A stretch of 64,000 nt of DNA from Cetorhinus maximus (lineage: Eukaryota), in contig NC_135891.1 of NCBI RefSeq assembly GCF_964194155.1, forward strand, positions 85,808,001-85,872,000. The letters run 5' to 3'. Positions 39,301 to 52,855 of the stretch are shown piece after piece (the stretch's first letter is position 1; the number at the start of each line of letters is the position of its first letter). A program made the translations under genes and the position numbers. The notes under the pieces are model-generated. The model was not told where the DNA came from. It ran no database searches and was given only the letters and a program-made list of their open reading frames with translations.

Positions 39301-42300
39301 TGATGATAACAGAGTTGGAACTTTCTATCCTAGGTGCATCTAAAATGGAAGCTCTGTAGAGTCAATGGGGCACAATGGCAGATAGCTCTTGACTATCAAG
39401 ATTCCGGGAAATTTGAAGGAAGTGGAAGTGATTTATTTTGATTTTAAACAAGGTTTGTGATAGCGGGCCGCACAGAAAACTAGCCCACAAGTCAAGGAGG
39501 CATCAAATATGAGCCAAGCAATGAGGTGGGTTAGTAATTGGCTAAAGTGAAAAGTGGTTGAAAATGGAGCTGTTTTGATGTGTATAATTCTGGGTGCAGT
39601 CTTGCAGCAAGAATAACAAAGCATTCAAAACAGTGCAGAAAAGGGAAAACAAGCTGACAGGTAGGTTCAGACATTGAAGTGAGAAGAAGTGGTTAAAGAA
39701 GTGGCCCTGGATTCTTTATTCTGGTGGAGAGAAGCCTCAGGGTGATATTATTCAATATTTAAAATACTAAAGAAAAAGATAAATTCAATCCAAAAAAAAA
39801 TTTGGGATTGTCACAGGTCGCAGAACCAAAAGACTGGGCTCAAACTAGGAGAAAAGATGGAGAGACAGTTTAGATTTAACTATTTTACACGGTGTTGGGT
39901 GGTGGGGGTTGTGGGGGCGGTGGTGGGGTGGAGTGTGACGGAAATGTGTGCAGTAGATTGCCCACCAAGTCAGTGGAGGCAAATAATGCAGAAAAGTTTA
40001 AGAGAGATTTAGGTAGATGATTGTGGGTGTGGGTGATTGAGAGAAATTAGGTTTGCAAAGCAGCCAGATGGTCTACAAAGACTTTACTGATTTTTTCCAG
40101 ACTTCCAAGTTCCTTCTTTAATATTTGTTCTCAGGATGTGACCATTTGCGGCAAGGCCACATTCATTAACCAGGTCAGCCCCCTTATTGAACCATTGCAG
40201 GGTGTAGTGATGTTGAGCGATTCATTGTTCATGGAAATGTTTTGTTCACATGAAGTTAGTTATATAGTTGAAGATGACAACTGGACCAATGGACATAGAA
40301 ATAATTCCAACTGTTATATTCTTTTCCAGCAAGGCAGGTTGGCTTAACTGGGATAAAGTTACTCTCCATCATGCCCAGTATCAAACCAGCAAATCTGACA
40401 TTATTTGCATGACTCACCAAGTCTCCAAAGCCATTCATGGCCATTTGATACATAGAATTTCCTTGGCGATACTGAGCATTGTGAGCTTCAATCTTCTCCA
40501 GGTTGTCCAGCCAAATTTCCCTCCTGGCCTGATCTTCCTCCTACACAAAGAGATTGGGTCATTATAGTTCAATACCAATAGAATCCAATGCCCAATGTTA
40601 TTGCTTGCCTTCAAGTAGAAAGAAGATACTGAAGTTGGAGACAGCAGGTTCCTTCCATGGGTGAAGGCAGTTGAATGCTCAAGTAGTTGGTGGCACCACC
40701 TGATGTTAGCTACAGTGGTAGAACAAGGTAGAGTGACAGAAGTGCATGCATTGTCAAGATCATCAAAATTAAATTTGGAGGCGAGAAGACCCAAAGATAC
40801 AATCTCTAGGTCAGAGCTAGCATTAGAACTGTCAGGAGCAAAGAAAGGAATGGATAAACCAAAGAAGTTTCAGGAGATCGTTTGGAAATAATTAGGTAAA
40901 ACACATGGGGTAAAAGACAATAGTCATGGCTCATTTCAATAAGGTATGAATAACCTTGGGATTTAAACTGTGAGCAAAGAAGCCAGGGGAAAAATACAAC
41001 TTCTCAAATCTGAAGCAAGGCTTTACATGACACCAAATTTCTTTCTCACAAAATACATGACATATGGAATAGACACTTGGCTAAATCAATTCATGATGCC
41101 AGGCAAGATTTAGTTGAACAGGCACCATAAATGTACCTCTAGTGGTGTGGGAACCTACCATTCACATCATAATTAATGGAGCTCCCTCTGATCCTGACAA
41201 TTTCAGCAGTATAAGTGAGGGAGGTCACAGAATCCCCATTCCTGCCCCTCTCCAGGCTCACGTTTGCAAATATACAGACCCATTTTCCTCAAGCTGCAGG
41301 GTCCAGTCCAAATTTAGGTTCCTGACAACTGTGAAAGCATCCTAATTTGTCATGTCATGTTTGGCTGCTTCCAACAACAACAACTTGTATTCACATACAA
41401 GTATATACAGAAGAGTTAAAGCAAAATTTGACAGTGAGTAACATTAGGTGATGTTAAGGCCGATGGTCAAAAGCTGGGACAAAAAGGTAGGTTTTAATGA
41501 GCATCTTAAAGGTGAAAAGAGAGGTAGAGAGACAGAGAGGTTTAGGCAGGGAATTTGAGAGCTTGGGACCTAGGCATGGCCATCAAGGGTGGATCAATTA
41601 AAATTGGGGATGTGCAACAATCCAGAATTTGATGCAGCAGATATCTCGGAGGGTTGTGGGGCTGGAGGAGATTACAGAGATAGGGAGGGACCAGGCTATC
41701 GAGGGATTTGAAATCAAAGGTGAGAATTTTAAAATTGAGACATTGCTTAACCAGGTACCAAAGTAGATCAGCGAGCACAGGGGTTATGGGTGAACGGAAC
41801 TTGGTGCAAGTTAGGATACAGGCAGTAGCGATTTGGATAACCTCTGGTTTACACAGGATATAACGTGGCCGGCCAGGAGTGTATTTGAATAGTGAAGTCC
41901 TGAGCTAACAAAGGTACGAATGAGGGTTTCAGCAGAAGATGAAGTGAGAGAGTGGCAGAGTCAGTCGATGTAAAGGAGGTGGAAATAGGCTGTCTTAGTA
42001 ATGGCAGAGATATGTGGTCAGAAGATTAGTTAGGGGTTAAATATTTCAACAAGGATACAAACAGTCTGATTCAGCCTCAGAGAGCTGCTAGTGGGGTGGG
42101 TGGGGATGAGTTGGTAGCTAGAGAACAGAGCTTTTAGCTGTGGAACTGAAGATGATGGCTTTGGTCTTTGCAATATTTGATTGAGGGGAATTGAGAAAAA
42201 ATCCATTATTTGTGTTTTACAAATTTGACACAAAGAAATGGTCAATAACTGGCATTGTATTGATTGGCCTTTAATATCTAAATCACCATGGAAGGACATT

Positions 42301-42563
42301 GTGTTTTTTGATTATGGCTCTTACTGAACAACATTAACAGGTGCGGGGTGGGGGGTGACTTCCACATTTCAAATTGACCTTCTCAAAACAATGTAGTAGT
42401 CCCTCAGTGCTCTATTAGAGAATTAGCTTAGGTTTCTTACCAGACTAGGGTAGCTCTTCCCATACTCCTGCTTCCAGCTTTCCCATTCCTCGTCAATGAT
42501 TGGGTTTGTCGAGGCCATGGAGATAACAGTCAGGATGTACGTTACAACCAGGAAAAATACCAT
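33260..42563 (-). CDS. Intact procathepsin L-like (C1A papain family, L/K/S type) cysteine protease, 347 aa, 7 coding exons
   Basis: join(42563-42441, 40540-40418, 38924-38721, 36250-36029, 34869-34701, 34352-34247, 33356-33260) = 1044 nt, open frame, all introns GT-AG, phases 0,0,0,0,1,2 as in vertebrate CTSL/CTSK/CTSS. Signal peptide MVFFLVVTYILTVISMAS. I29 prodomain with ERWNIN-type (EDQARREIWLDNLEKIEAHN) and GNFD-type (MNGFGDLTPMEF) motifs. Mature domain: PKEVDWR, VKNQGYCLSCYAF, CNGG, GPISV, IDHSVLLIGY, YWIIKNSWGTSWGESGY, CGI, ASYPLI*. Kozak ACCATGG. Confidence 0.93.
34247..34352 (-). CDS. Intact cathepsin, exon 7 (catalytic His and Asn)
   Basis: GIFDDVDCNSKKIDHSVLLIGYVDEHPKGYWIIKNS; 106 nt; cag/gtaagt borders. 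Confidence 0.93.
34701..34869 (-). CDS. Intact cathepsin, exon 6
   Basis: RNNKCLFSSSKSVTKVKGFRRIKNYTEKKLAALVANVGPISVLIRSSHHSFRYYTS(G); 169 nt. Confidence 0.92.
36029..36250 (-). CDS. Intact cathepsin, exon 5 (catalytic Cys)
   Basis: GYCLSCYAFTAVGAVEGQ...LSVQNIIDCS...GCNGGLP...YPYQAK; lies within ORF 36002-36277; 222 nt. Confidence 0.95.
36870..37608. mobile_element. Second GC-rich TIR-type interspersed repeat (left end deleted in units 1 and 3: ~15955-16540 and ~56537-57125)
   Basis: Ends gttggatttacag...ctggcaaaattgaa; internal ccaattaagtggcaattaaggcc and the inverted pair cagtcccagcagc/ctgctgggactg. Confidence 0.5.
38721..38924 (-). CDS. Intact cathepsin, exon 4 (pro/mature junction, oxyanion Gln)
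   Basis: TPMEFDHLF...LEELEEMEDVAHFPKEVDWRRMGYVSKVKNQ; lies within ORF 38673-38918; 204 nt. Confidence 0.92.
40418..40540 (-). CDS. Intact cathepsin, exon 3 (I29 inhibitor prodomain)
   Basis: EEDQARREIWLDNLEKIEAHNAQYRQGNSMYQMAMNGFGDL; tag/gtgagt borders; 123 nt. Confidence 0.92.
42441..42563 (-). CDS. Intact cathepsin, exon 2 coding part (signal peptide + start of I29 prodomain)
   Basis: MVFFLVVTYILTVISMASTNPIIDEEWESWKQEYGKSYPSL, then donor GTAAG. Confidence 0.9.
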
Positions 42564-43465
42564 GGTGAAATGTTGAACACGTCAAACCTGTAACAAAGTT
42601 GGTTTTCTTTGTGAGAAGCTCTGGGCAATAAAATCAGAAGAACGGGGAGAGGTAATGCAAGAGTATAATCTCACAATCCTACCCTTGTTATTTCGATGCC
42701 CTGTAAATAAACCAATATTCTTTGTATGATCTCATCATTTTTGGCGGAATGAGAACAGAGTGGGACAAAGGTGTAGGATTTAGTCTTCAATTGTTTCAAA
42801 CAACAACTGTAGAAAGAATATGTATCACCAATTCATTCAGATGAGGAGAGAATCAGTTTGTGAAATATACAATGTCTCTGCTCATTATGCACATGAAAAT
42901 GGTCAATTCCCACATGCCCAACAATTTTTACTTACCTTGAAAACACAGTTGCAGAGATTGTAAAGATCATTGACTGGTGTGGGACCTGAAGATAAATTTG
43001 GGGAGAGACCGAGCTGCCTTTAGCCTCAGATTTGATTTAACTCAATGTTCCCAGTCAGTAATACATTGATGGCAGGAATCTGTGATTCCCACTGAATTTG
43101 TCCGGATAATGTCTCGCCATTTAGAAAATACTGTTGATTGTGTGACATTCCACTACCTGCTTTTCTATGGAAGTGCTAATCTATTTACAGTATATTAATT
43201 CCTCTGCTCAAACAGATTTCAATCTAATTTCTTTTCCTACATAACATTTAATTACAATAGTGTGGTCCAGACAATTCTACCAATGAAACTGATGTTCTTT
43301 GCTGTGTTACACTGTTAAGTCATGCAGTGTATTTTTCAGTGTATTACTTATACATTAGCATCAGGCCATTCAATCACACTACATAGAATAGAGACTATAT
43401 CTTACTCACCTCACAAGGACACCTCGGTTATTTAAATGACACAAACCATTTGGGACCAGATTGTG
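42564..43465 (-). other. Predicted spliced 5' UTR of the intact gene (exons ~43465-43410, 42985-42936, 42700-42564)
   Basis: Consensus acceptors (atttatcttcag, tttatttacag) and donors (gtgagt, gtaagt) between the TATA box and the ATG. No transcript evidence. Confidence 0.5.
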
Positions 43466-43488
43466 TTGTACTGGAGTTTGAACTGGGG

Positions 43489-43496
43489 TTTATATA
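43489..43496 (-). promoter_or_regulatory. TATA box (TATATAAA) of the intact cathepsin gene
   Basis: Lies ~80 nt upstream of a consensus donor (GAG|GTGAGT at 43410/43409), giving a short non-coding first exon; a CCAAT element sits ~45 nt further upstream. Confidence 0.65.
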
Positions 43497-44069
43497 CCCT
43501 TAGAATATGCAAAATAAACTAATTGCCTCCTAAATTCCACCAATTAGTTCACGGGGCCTGAAGCATTATCTTGGATCGTTTTTTATCTAAAATTATCTGC
43601 CACCTGTAAGTTCCAACCATCAGTCACATAAATTACACATAAATACTCTGCATGGTCTTAATAACATAGTCTTAAAAGATAAAGAGTTGATGTAAATCTT
43701 ATTTTCATGATGCAAGTTGCTAATTTCTTGGTGGAAAATCCAATTAGATTTTGAAGATTCTTGGCAATGTGTTTTGTCATGGAGCCTTCATGCCCCAGGA
43801 TTGTGTCTATGGCAATTGTACAATTTTCACTGCCTTCAGCAGGTGAGATTTTTCAGCTAACAGGTATGTGCAGATTCTACAATCACCGGTAGCCCATAAG
43901 GTGATGACAGGCACTAGCAGTATCTCCACACCAGGGCTGCAACATCAGCTCTTTGTGTGTGTACCTGCAGCAGAGTTAACAAAATCAGTTTGTTTTTTCT
44001 TTTATAACATGTTTCTCATTTCACTGAATAAAATCTTCACCAGTCCCATCTGTATTGTCATGAGAATCA

Positions 44070-44596
44070 TTATAGGAAAGATGTTATTGCACTAGAGACA
44101 GTGCAGAGGAGGTTTACCAGGATGTTGTCCGGGCTGGAGAGTTTTAGTTATAAGGAGAGATTGCATAGACTGGGTTATTTTGCTTGGAGCAGATGAGATT
44201 GAGGGGGACATGACTGAGGTGTATAAAATTATTAGGGGCATAGATAGAGTAGACAGGAAAGCACTTTTCCCCTTGATGGAGGGATCGATAACCAGGGGGG
44301 CATAGATTTAAGGTAAGCGGCAGGAGGTTTAGAGTGGATGTGAGGAAGAGTTTTTTCACCCAGAGGGTGGTGGGAATCTGGAACTCACTGCCTGAAAGGG
44401 TTGTAGAGGCAGAGACCCCCATAACATTTAAGAAGTATTTGGATGTGCAGTTGCGATGCCATGGCATACAAAGCTATGAGCCTAGTCCTGGAAATTGGGA
44501 TTAGAATAGTAAGGGACTTGTTTGACTGGTACAGACACGAGGGGCCGAAGGGCCTTTTTCTGTGCTGTTGACCTCTATGACTCTATGACTCTATGA
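44070..44596 (+). mobile_element. CR1 LINE 3' fragment, unit 3
   Basis: Paralogue of 2011-2537. Confidence 0.88.
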
Positions 44597-46530
44597 CAAT
44601 GAATTAAGGAGAGCAGGCGGGCTCATGAAGCAAGAGGGCCAATCAGAGAGCTTGGACCTTGAAAGCAGGTGCAGAATGCCATTCAAGATAAGTGAGGGAG
44701 AGGGTGCTTCAAAATGGAACTGTCCTCTTATTTTTTAACATTTCAAATAAAAAATGGCCTTGGTGGCCAAGCCGCCAATGTTGGAAGAGGCGGGGCCCTT
44801 TAACAAAGCAGCCTGCAGCTGCAGCTACACCTCAACAAAGTGGGAAGGCCTTCCAACCTGCCTAGGTGCTATTTTTATCGTCCACCCTCTCACTTCTTTT
44901 CCAGGCTCTAGCAGGGAAAAAAATTCAGTCCAGAGGCACTCCACTCATATCATCACCAGAAAAATGGGGCTTTAGATGTCTTATCTCCAACTGTACTCTT
45001 GTCTCGCAGGAAAACTTCATAAACTTGCTTATTGGTTCCGAATTTCCTCATGATCTTCACTACTTTAGAATGAAAGAACTTGCATTTCTATTATGCAATT
45101 CCCCATCGCAGGATGTCTAAAATTGCTTTACAACCAACGAAGTACGCTATACATAACTTCTGTTACAGACAGGAGTGGGGAGATAATTTAAACAGCACTA
45201 ACTTCTCCTCCCACCACCCACCCATAAACAGAAAGATGTTTTTGATTTGTTTCCCTCTTTACAAGCAGCGGCATATTTTCCAACCCCTCAGTTTTGGTGC
45301 GATCCAATTTTCTATTAATAACCCCACAGGAAACTTAAGATAGGATGAACTCAAAGGGGTTCGTCTAGTTGCACACTCAAAATGCAAATGGAGGATTGTC
45401 ACATTGCCTCCATATTCAGACAGTAAAGAGAGGGATAGCAAAAAGAAAGATTTACAGTGCAGAGACCACAGAGAAAAGGAATACTGTTTCATATGGGTTC
45501 CAGAGTCCAGAATCAAAACCTAATGAATCAGTCTTGTCGGCAATAGTACATAATTTCCTGCAGAAGCAGTATGGATGGAGCCAGTTGTTCAACCTGGGCA
45601 CAGGTGAGGCTGCCAGTTGGACAGTAAACAGCAGATTGAGCTATTCAGCCCAGCAAGGCAATATTATTTGTACAACAAGCCAGAGGCCTAGGTCATGTGT
45701 CTTTACCTTTCCACAATGTCTTCAACAATGTCTGATCCAGTGTTTGGAAATTGGCTTGGTGTCCAGGCTGATAATTTCTAGGCCATCCTGGGTTAGAAGC
45801 AATGTTTAAGAGGCCATTCTATCAGTAAACGTTCCATCACTGCTGGGCAGCCTGGATTATCAAATACAAAGTGCCTTCGATGTAGCTCCTTTTGAAGTTG
45901 GGCTGTGCAGTCCCCGGGTGATGGTTAGTAGCTCCTCAGAGATAATGAGGTGTGAGATTTCCCAAACTGCAAAGTGGCTTCTTTTGTTCTGGGGTCACAA
46001 ACAGACACAGTTTCAGCCATTTTAAGGACCTTTGTTCATCTTTTAACATTTTGGAAATGGCTATGAGGATATCTATATATATTTTATAAAAATTTACAGT
46101 GTGAGTCCTTCACACTTAATTAAATTCTTAAAAATATCCCTAGGTCCTGTGGTGACTCTGATATCCAATAGCAGGGGAGACAGGGTAGTGGCAATGTCAC
46201 TGGATTACATATCCAGTGGTGCAGGCTAATGCTCCAGGAGCAACATTTCAAATCCCACTGTGTCTGGTGGAATTTTCATTTAACAAGTTAAAATGGCACT
46301 ATGAAAAAATTGTCAAAATCCATCCGCTTCACTGATGTCCCTTCGGGAAGGGGATTTGCTGTCCTTACCTGGCCTGACTTATATGTCACTCCAGATGCAC
46401 AATAATGTGGTTGACACTTAAGTGTCCTCTATAATTCCCTAACAAGCCATTCAGTTCAAGGATAATTACAGATGGGCAACAACTGTTGGCCTCGCCAGCG
46501 ATGCCCACATCTCATCAAAAAGAATTTAAA

Positions 46531-47071
46531 CTGTGGTTGCCACAATAGAGTCCAGCTGGCCTTGAGCTCAGGTCGGAGCTGGTGCTGCTGATCTGGTCTG
46601 TCCGCAAGGCTGAGAGGGTGCCGGACTTGGACAGGAATGTGAAGCACTGGCTGGATGACTTCCTCGTTGGGTTCCTGAGGGTGTGAAAGGATACTCGGGC
46701 CTCCCCTCCCTGCAGCACTGAGGCGATGGTGGCAGGAGCACTATGCTTCTGACATGAAGGCAACCATAGCCAGCCTCAACATCAGCAGCAGCAGAGAAGC
46801 ACAGCTCAGGAGTTCTTCAGGGCATTCTGGGACGTCCTGGGGAGCGACTTCATGGGGGCCCAAGGGGGAGAGTATCGCAACCGGGGAAATGCCCCTCTCA
46901 TGGCACAGGGCAGTCATCGCCCTACTGCCTAAGGGGAATTTCCGCCTCCTTAAAAACTGGCACCCGGTCTCCCACCTCAGCACGGATTATAAAATCTTCG
47001 CCAGGGCCATGTCTGCTCGCTTTGGCACCTTGCTGGGCAACATGATCCACCCTGACCAGTCTTACACGATC
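46531..47071 (+). mobile_element. Tx1-clade retrotransposon fragment, unit 3 (internally deleted)
   Basis: Endonuclease start is fused directly to the RT start at ~46810 (ORF 46754-47083). Confidence 0.85.
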
Positions 47072-48900
47072 AGGCGTGTCTGATTCAGGCAAGCAAGCTA
47101 TAAAAGTTTGCCTAGCAATTGGGAATGAAGGTCCACACAGACTGACCACATCAGGATTAACGGAGGAAGAGCTAAAGTATCCCCAAAAGACATGGATTAC
47201 ATTGGAAGACTGGGTCAAAATCAAGTTAAACTTCAATATTCATCAACTAGAGTTCATCTCATTTCAACAACTGCCTGCAGAACCCATAGACAACTTAGTC
47301 AGCAGATAAGAGAAAAGGGTACGTACTGTGATATTTCAAATGGAGACAGAATTGTTGAGTTGGTGATCCCACCCACTCCCTTGCAAGCATTACAGACAAG
47401 CCCAAAACGTATAGCATTGAAGAACTATACAAGGATAGACGGAAATACAAGGTGATCCTCGCAGGTCGATGAAGATTACAGGTCCTCAGTACAACCTCAA
47501 TCGTTGAAGCACTCGCTAGAACACCCAAACCTAGCATAACATATGGAAGGCGTGGCTTTCTGCATGAACCAACGAACTTCCCAGCTTTCCAGTAATTCTG
47601 CAAAGATGTGGCAGAATGGACCATTGGCAGTAGCAGTGCACTAGGCAAATGCTGATGCAGCTACAAACGGCCATGTACTGATGCAAACAGACCGTACACA
47701 ATGGCTACCTTCAAGCAATAAGCATGACCATCCATTATCCCGTCAGAAACATGTACATCAGGTGACTAACCAACCAAAACATGACAATGATGTGCACGAT
47801 GAGGCAAAGAGCGGAAAATACATGTTTCACACTGCCAATCTCATGGAATACGTAGATGCCATCTCACTATCTGAAGTATTTGCCAAGATTAAAATTATCT
47901 GTCCGAAGAAAGTTATCAATTGCTGATTATTGGCTAAGATTGACACAGGGCAAATGCCAATATACTCCTTCTGCATATTCTAAATGAAAGATATCTTCAG
48001 ACATGGCAGGCCATGGCAAAACCTAATACCTCACAACTTTCAGCATACAACGGTTCACTTAGTCCATGTGCAGGATCCACCATCTTGGAGTGCAAGTACA
48101 ATCAATTCTCCTGGGTGTCAAAGATGTTCTTCATCGTAGAAACAAAAGGCCCAGCGAGTGAAGGTCTAACCGCATGCCATGGCCTTGCACTATTGACAAT
48201 CCACGGAATCAGCCAGACCTCAAAAGTCCGATCAATCTCAAAAACTACTGCTAGAACCTCAATATCTCTCCTAACATCAAAACATCCAGAATGTTTTTCC
48301 ACAAAATTGGCAGTTTCAAAAGAGCTACAACATTACGCTTGTAGAAGAATGCAAGTCTGTCAACTGCTCTGGTGCGTTTTGCGCAATGCAAATGCCAGCA
48401 GCTGCAAGAAGAAACAGCAATATATTCTAGACTACTGAAACTGTGGAAAACCTAAAGGATGTGCTGATTGTATTTAGTATGTTCATGAACATGTGAGGCC
48501 ATTTTGGCCTTACCAGGATGAGCTAGACATCTCCCGGACAGTCAATTTTAAAGGCATGCCGGTCATCATATCAGAATATTTGCAAATTGATATTCTTCAA
48601 CAATGTCATCACTCACAAGTGGGCACAAATCAGACAAGCCAACCTGCAAGAGACAATTTATTGCCAGGGTATGAACAAAACATTGAGGTCATTTCCAAGA
48701 AGTGCATGAAATGTCAAGAGAAAATGCCAAGTCAGCACAAAGAATCACTGATTCCGCATTAAGTTCCTACGCATTCTTGGTCCAAAATAGCATCCGATCT
48801 CTTTCGTGTTCATGGTACTGATTTCATTGTCATCATCGATTACTTTACCAAATAACCCATCATTTGACCATTACGCAACATGTCAAGCACAACTGTCATG
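47072..48900 (+). mobile_element. Gypsy LTR retrotransposon remnant, unit 3
   Basis: Paralogue; ORFs 47076-47309 and 48493-48762. Confidence 0.82.
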
Positions 48901-50972
48901 CACAGGATACAGGAGGGAACTCTTCCTGACAGTGCTATGCGAAAACTCTTCTATTGACTGATCCATGCAATCTTTTTACATCCTGAGACGACAGACAGCC
49001 CTTTGTTTGATGTCTCACCTGAAAGTGTGCACCTCTGGCAGTGCAGTTCTCCCTCAGTACTACACTGAAATGTCAGCTTACACATTGTTTACCAGTTTCT
49101 GGTGTAGGATGGAACCCACAACTTTCAAACTCAGAGGTGCGAATGCAGGGTTCATTCTAGCCATCACGTGCTGCAAGGTCTGATGACACCCAAGTGGGAA
49201 TAAAGGAAAACATTTCCCACAGGAAGCCTGGGAACACCACCTGATACAGTGCTTGATATAGACAGGGGATGCTGGAGACTGATTCCCGCCCCCCACCGAC
49301 CAACCCCCACCCCCAACCCCCACCACCCACTAGCAAGCAATTTCAAGCCAATAACCATAGATTCAGTTCTGCCCCAAATTCCAGCTACAGCTGGATGACC
49401 CACCCATTGGATCCAGATGGGAATAGTGCAGAGTCCTGCTGGCAAAAGCAACTGTTGTCAGCTACAGATACAACAGAGTTCGACTGCATCTTAGACACAG
49501 CATTGTCCATTGAGGATCGAAACCACCATAATCCTCAATTGTTCTACCTTGCTGACATGGGGAATTTGCACTATCAATTAGCATGCTGACTACAGATTAA
49601 CCAAAGGCACAACATATGCAGTAGTCCTCTATCGTATTTTGTATCTCATTGAATAGTCACAGGATAGCAATATCGCTGCCCATTTTCATCACACTGCTGC
49701 ATTTAAAGTCACTAGTTGTTATGGATTCAGGTTCCTTACGATCACATTATCCATGTGGACATGCCACAGCAGACTCCTAATTCCTCCTTTAAGATGCTCC
49801 TTGACTAAACTTTTAGTCACCTGCCCTTGGCTTCCCTGGCTCGGTGTCAAATTTTACTTCATTTTGTTCCTTTAGAGCAACTAGGTACATTCTACTACAT
49901 TAAAGGTGTTATAATACAAGCTATTCTTGGTGTTACCAGGGGTGCCATCTGCTACCCTTGTCCTTCTAGGTGATAGAGATTACTGATTTGGAAGGTGCTG
50001 TTGATTGAGCTTTGGTGAGATGCTGCAGTATATAAAGTATACAAAGCAATTGAAATGAAGACATGATAAAGTTGCAAAGCTCTTCATCTTTGTATGAAGC
50101 ATGAATCTATCTTTTATCAGACATTTAACGTGAGTGCTTACAACATTTTATTGATTCAGTAAATAATTAGTTAAATTGTTGAACTGAAATGTGCTCCTTT
50201 ACGCAAATGTACATTGAGTAAAAGTTTGTAGCCTAGTTTAAGCGGCTTAAATCTTAAACTGTCAAACCATCTCCACCATGTACAAGGTTCTACTCATGAG
50301 TAATATGGAACATTCTTCATTCACTTTGATGCATGAAGCCACAACCACACTCAAAAGGCTTGACACCATCCACAACAGATCAGTCATTTAAACAACACTC
50401 CTGTGGCTTAATAACCATCAGCATATTGTGGCAGCAACTAACTTTGAGGTGCACTGCAGAAACTCACCCCACTGCCTTCAATAGCACCTTTTAGCCTCAC
50501 ACACTCTTCCAACAAGAAGGACCAGAGCAGGAACACCATGAGCACACCACCACCTCCATTCACCATCCTGGCCTGGCAATATATGTAATGTTCGAGAGAA
50601 TGTTCCAATCCAATGTCTCTATCGCCCAAAACTTAAACTTGAAAACAATGCAGAGTGTTTTAAAATGGTCCTCCCCTGGTTAGTCAGACTAGGTTGACTG
50701 CAGGCTAATTGGATCCAATCTGACTAAGACTGGTCCACTTCCAGCATGAATTCTGTTGATTATTTTACTCTCGATGACACCACCACGATAAGGATTTTCA
50801 GCCTGATTTTATACTTTGGCTGCATGGCAACTGCTGTCGTGCTTAATTCTTCTGAGCCACTTGATTGGCAGTCTCTGATTGGTTTCTGGATTGTGTGGTA
50901 TGTTCCAAGAATTGTCACCTCATTTCTGCAGCAAATTTAAACTTGCCTTAAAACATATTCTTAATATACTAT

Positions 50973-52195
50973 AATTTTTGTCATTCTTTCACGGGACGTG
51001 GGTGTCACTGGCTAGACAAGCATTTTTATTGCCCATCCCTAGTTGCCCTTAAGAAGGTGGTGGTGAGCTGGCTTCTTGAACCGCTGCAGTCCCTGTGGTG
51101 TAGGTACACCTACAGTGCTGTTAGGAAGGGAGTTACAGGATTTTGTCGCAGTGACTGTGAAGGAACGCTGATATAGTTCCAAGTCAGGATGATGTGCGGC
51201 TTTGAAGGAAACTTGCAAGTGGTTGTGTTGGCATGATCTACTGCCCTTGTCCTTCTAGGTGGTAGTGGTCACGAATTTGGAAGGTGCTGTCGAAGGAGCT
51301 TTGGTGAGTTCCAGCAGTGCATCTTGTAGATGGTATTCACTGCTGCAACTGTGCATCGGTAGTGGAGGGAGTGAATTTTTGTGGATGTGATGCCAATCAA
51401 GTGGGGGCTGCTTTGTCCTGGATGCTGTCAAGTTTCTTCAGCGTTGTTAGAGCTGCACTCATCCAGGCAAGTGGAAAGTATTCCATCACACTCCTGACTT
51501 GACCCTTGTAGGTGAACAGGCTTTGGGGAGTCAAGAGGTAAATTACTCTCCACAGAATTCCCAGCATCTGACCTGCTCTTGTAGCCATAATGTTTAAATG
51601 GCTGGTCCACCAAAATGCTGATAGTGGGGTTTTAGTGATTGCAATGTCATTGAATGTCAAGGGGAGAAGGTTGTATCCTCTCTTGTTGCAGATGGCCATT
51701 GCCTGGCACTTGTGTGGCAAAATTGTTACTTGCTACTAATCAGCCCAAGCCTGAATGTTGTCTGGGTTTTGCTGTATATGGGCGCCAGATGCTTCAGTAT
51801 CTGAGGGGTCACGAGTGGTGCTGAAATAGTGCGCAATCATCAATAAACATCCCCATTATTGACCTTATGATGGAGGGTAGGCCATTCATGAAGCAGCTGA
51901 AAGTGGTTGGGCCTAGGACACTACCCCGAGGAATTCCTGCAGTGGTGTCCTGCGACTGAGATAAATGACCTACAACAACCACAACCATCTTCCTTTGTGC
52001 TAGGTATGAATCTAACCATTGAAGATCTTCTATTGACTCCAGTTTTGCTAGAGCTCCTTGATGTGACACTTGGTCAAATGCTGCCTTGATGTCAAGGGCA
52101 GTCACTCTCACCTCACCTCTTGAGCTCAGCTCTTTTGTCCATGTTTTGGACCAAGGCTGTAATGAGGTCAGGAGCTGAGTTACCCTGGCGGAACT
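50973..52195 (-). mobile_element. CR1/L2-group LINE fragment, unit 3
   Basis: ORFs 51809-52111 and 51397-51720. Confidence 0.88.
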
Positions 52196-52855
52196 ATGAC
52201 TTCATCATTGCTGGGTCAAAAGGCTGGAGATTACCCTGAAAATCATCATGGGAGGACTATCCCTCAAAAAGACCCATCACTAGCCTCTCATCACAACTAA
52301 GGATTGGCAATAGCATGACCTTACCAACACTGTTCTCATCCTGTTAATTACTTTATAAGGGTAAGCTGGAGCAAAGTGACTTGTACGGTTTTGAACGTTG
52401 TTGCAGAATTATAAAATGTTCCAGCCCAAAAATAAGCCATTTAGCCCATCGAGATAGTTTTCTTCACTTGAGCCATCTAGTATCCTTCCACTCACATGAT
52501 CACACACTGTAATCTTTACAATTCTCTTATTCAAGCAGCTATTGCATTCCCTCACTAGGAGGAGACAATGACAGTCAAATTATTTGAAACTTTCTTTTAT
52601 TGATTAGAAGAAGCACCATTCAAACAATCCAAGACCACAGCAACAAAATTCAGTTCACATTGCAACATTTTCAAAAATGCACTTGAAGACAAGGTGAGGT
52701 TGTTCCATGTTGCATCTAGAATTGATAGAGTCTTTAATACAGATTTAGGCAAGAAACTGGAAGCTCAGTTACAATATCAAATAGTTGCTAAATACATTAC
52801 GTCATCTAAAATAATTCCTTCGGCATTTTTGTTTTCGTAATGAAGTCGAAATTCT

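Larger units (their letters stand above)
22935..44069. repeat. Tandem segmental duplication unit 2 (21,135 bp; intact cathepsin gene)
   Basis: Colinear paralogue of unit 1, with a private 200-bp insertion at 30878-31077 and a ~300-bp segment at ~36750-37050 that units 1 and 3 lack. Confidence 0.95.
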
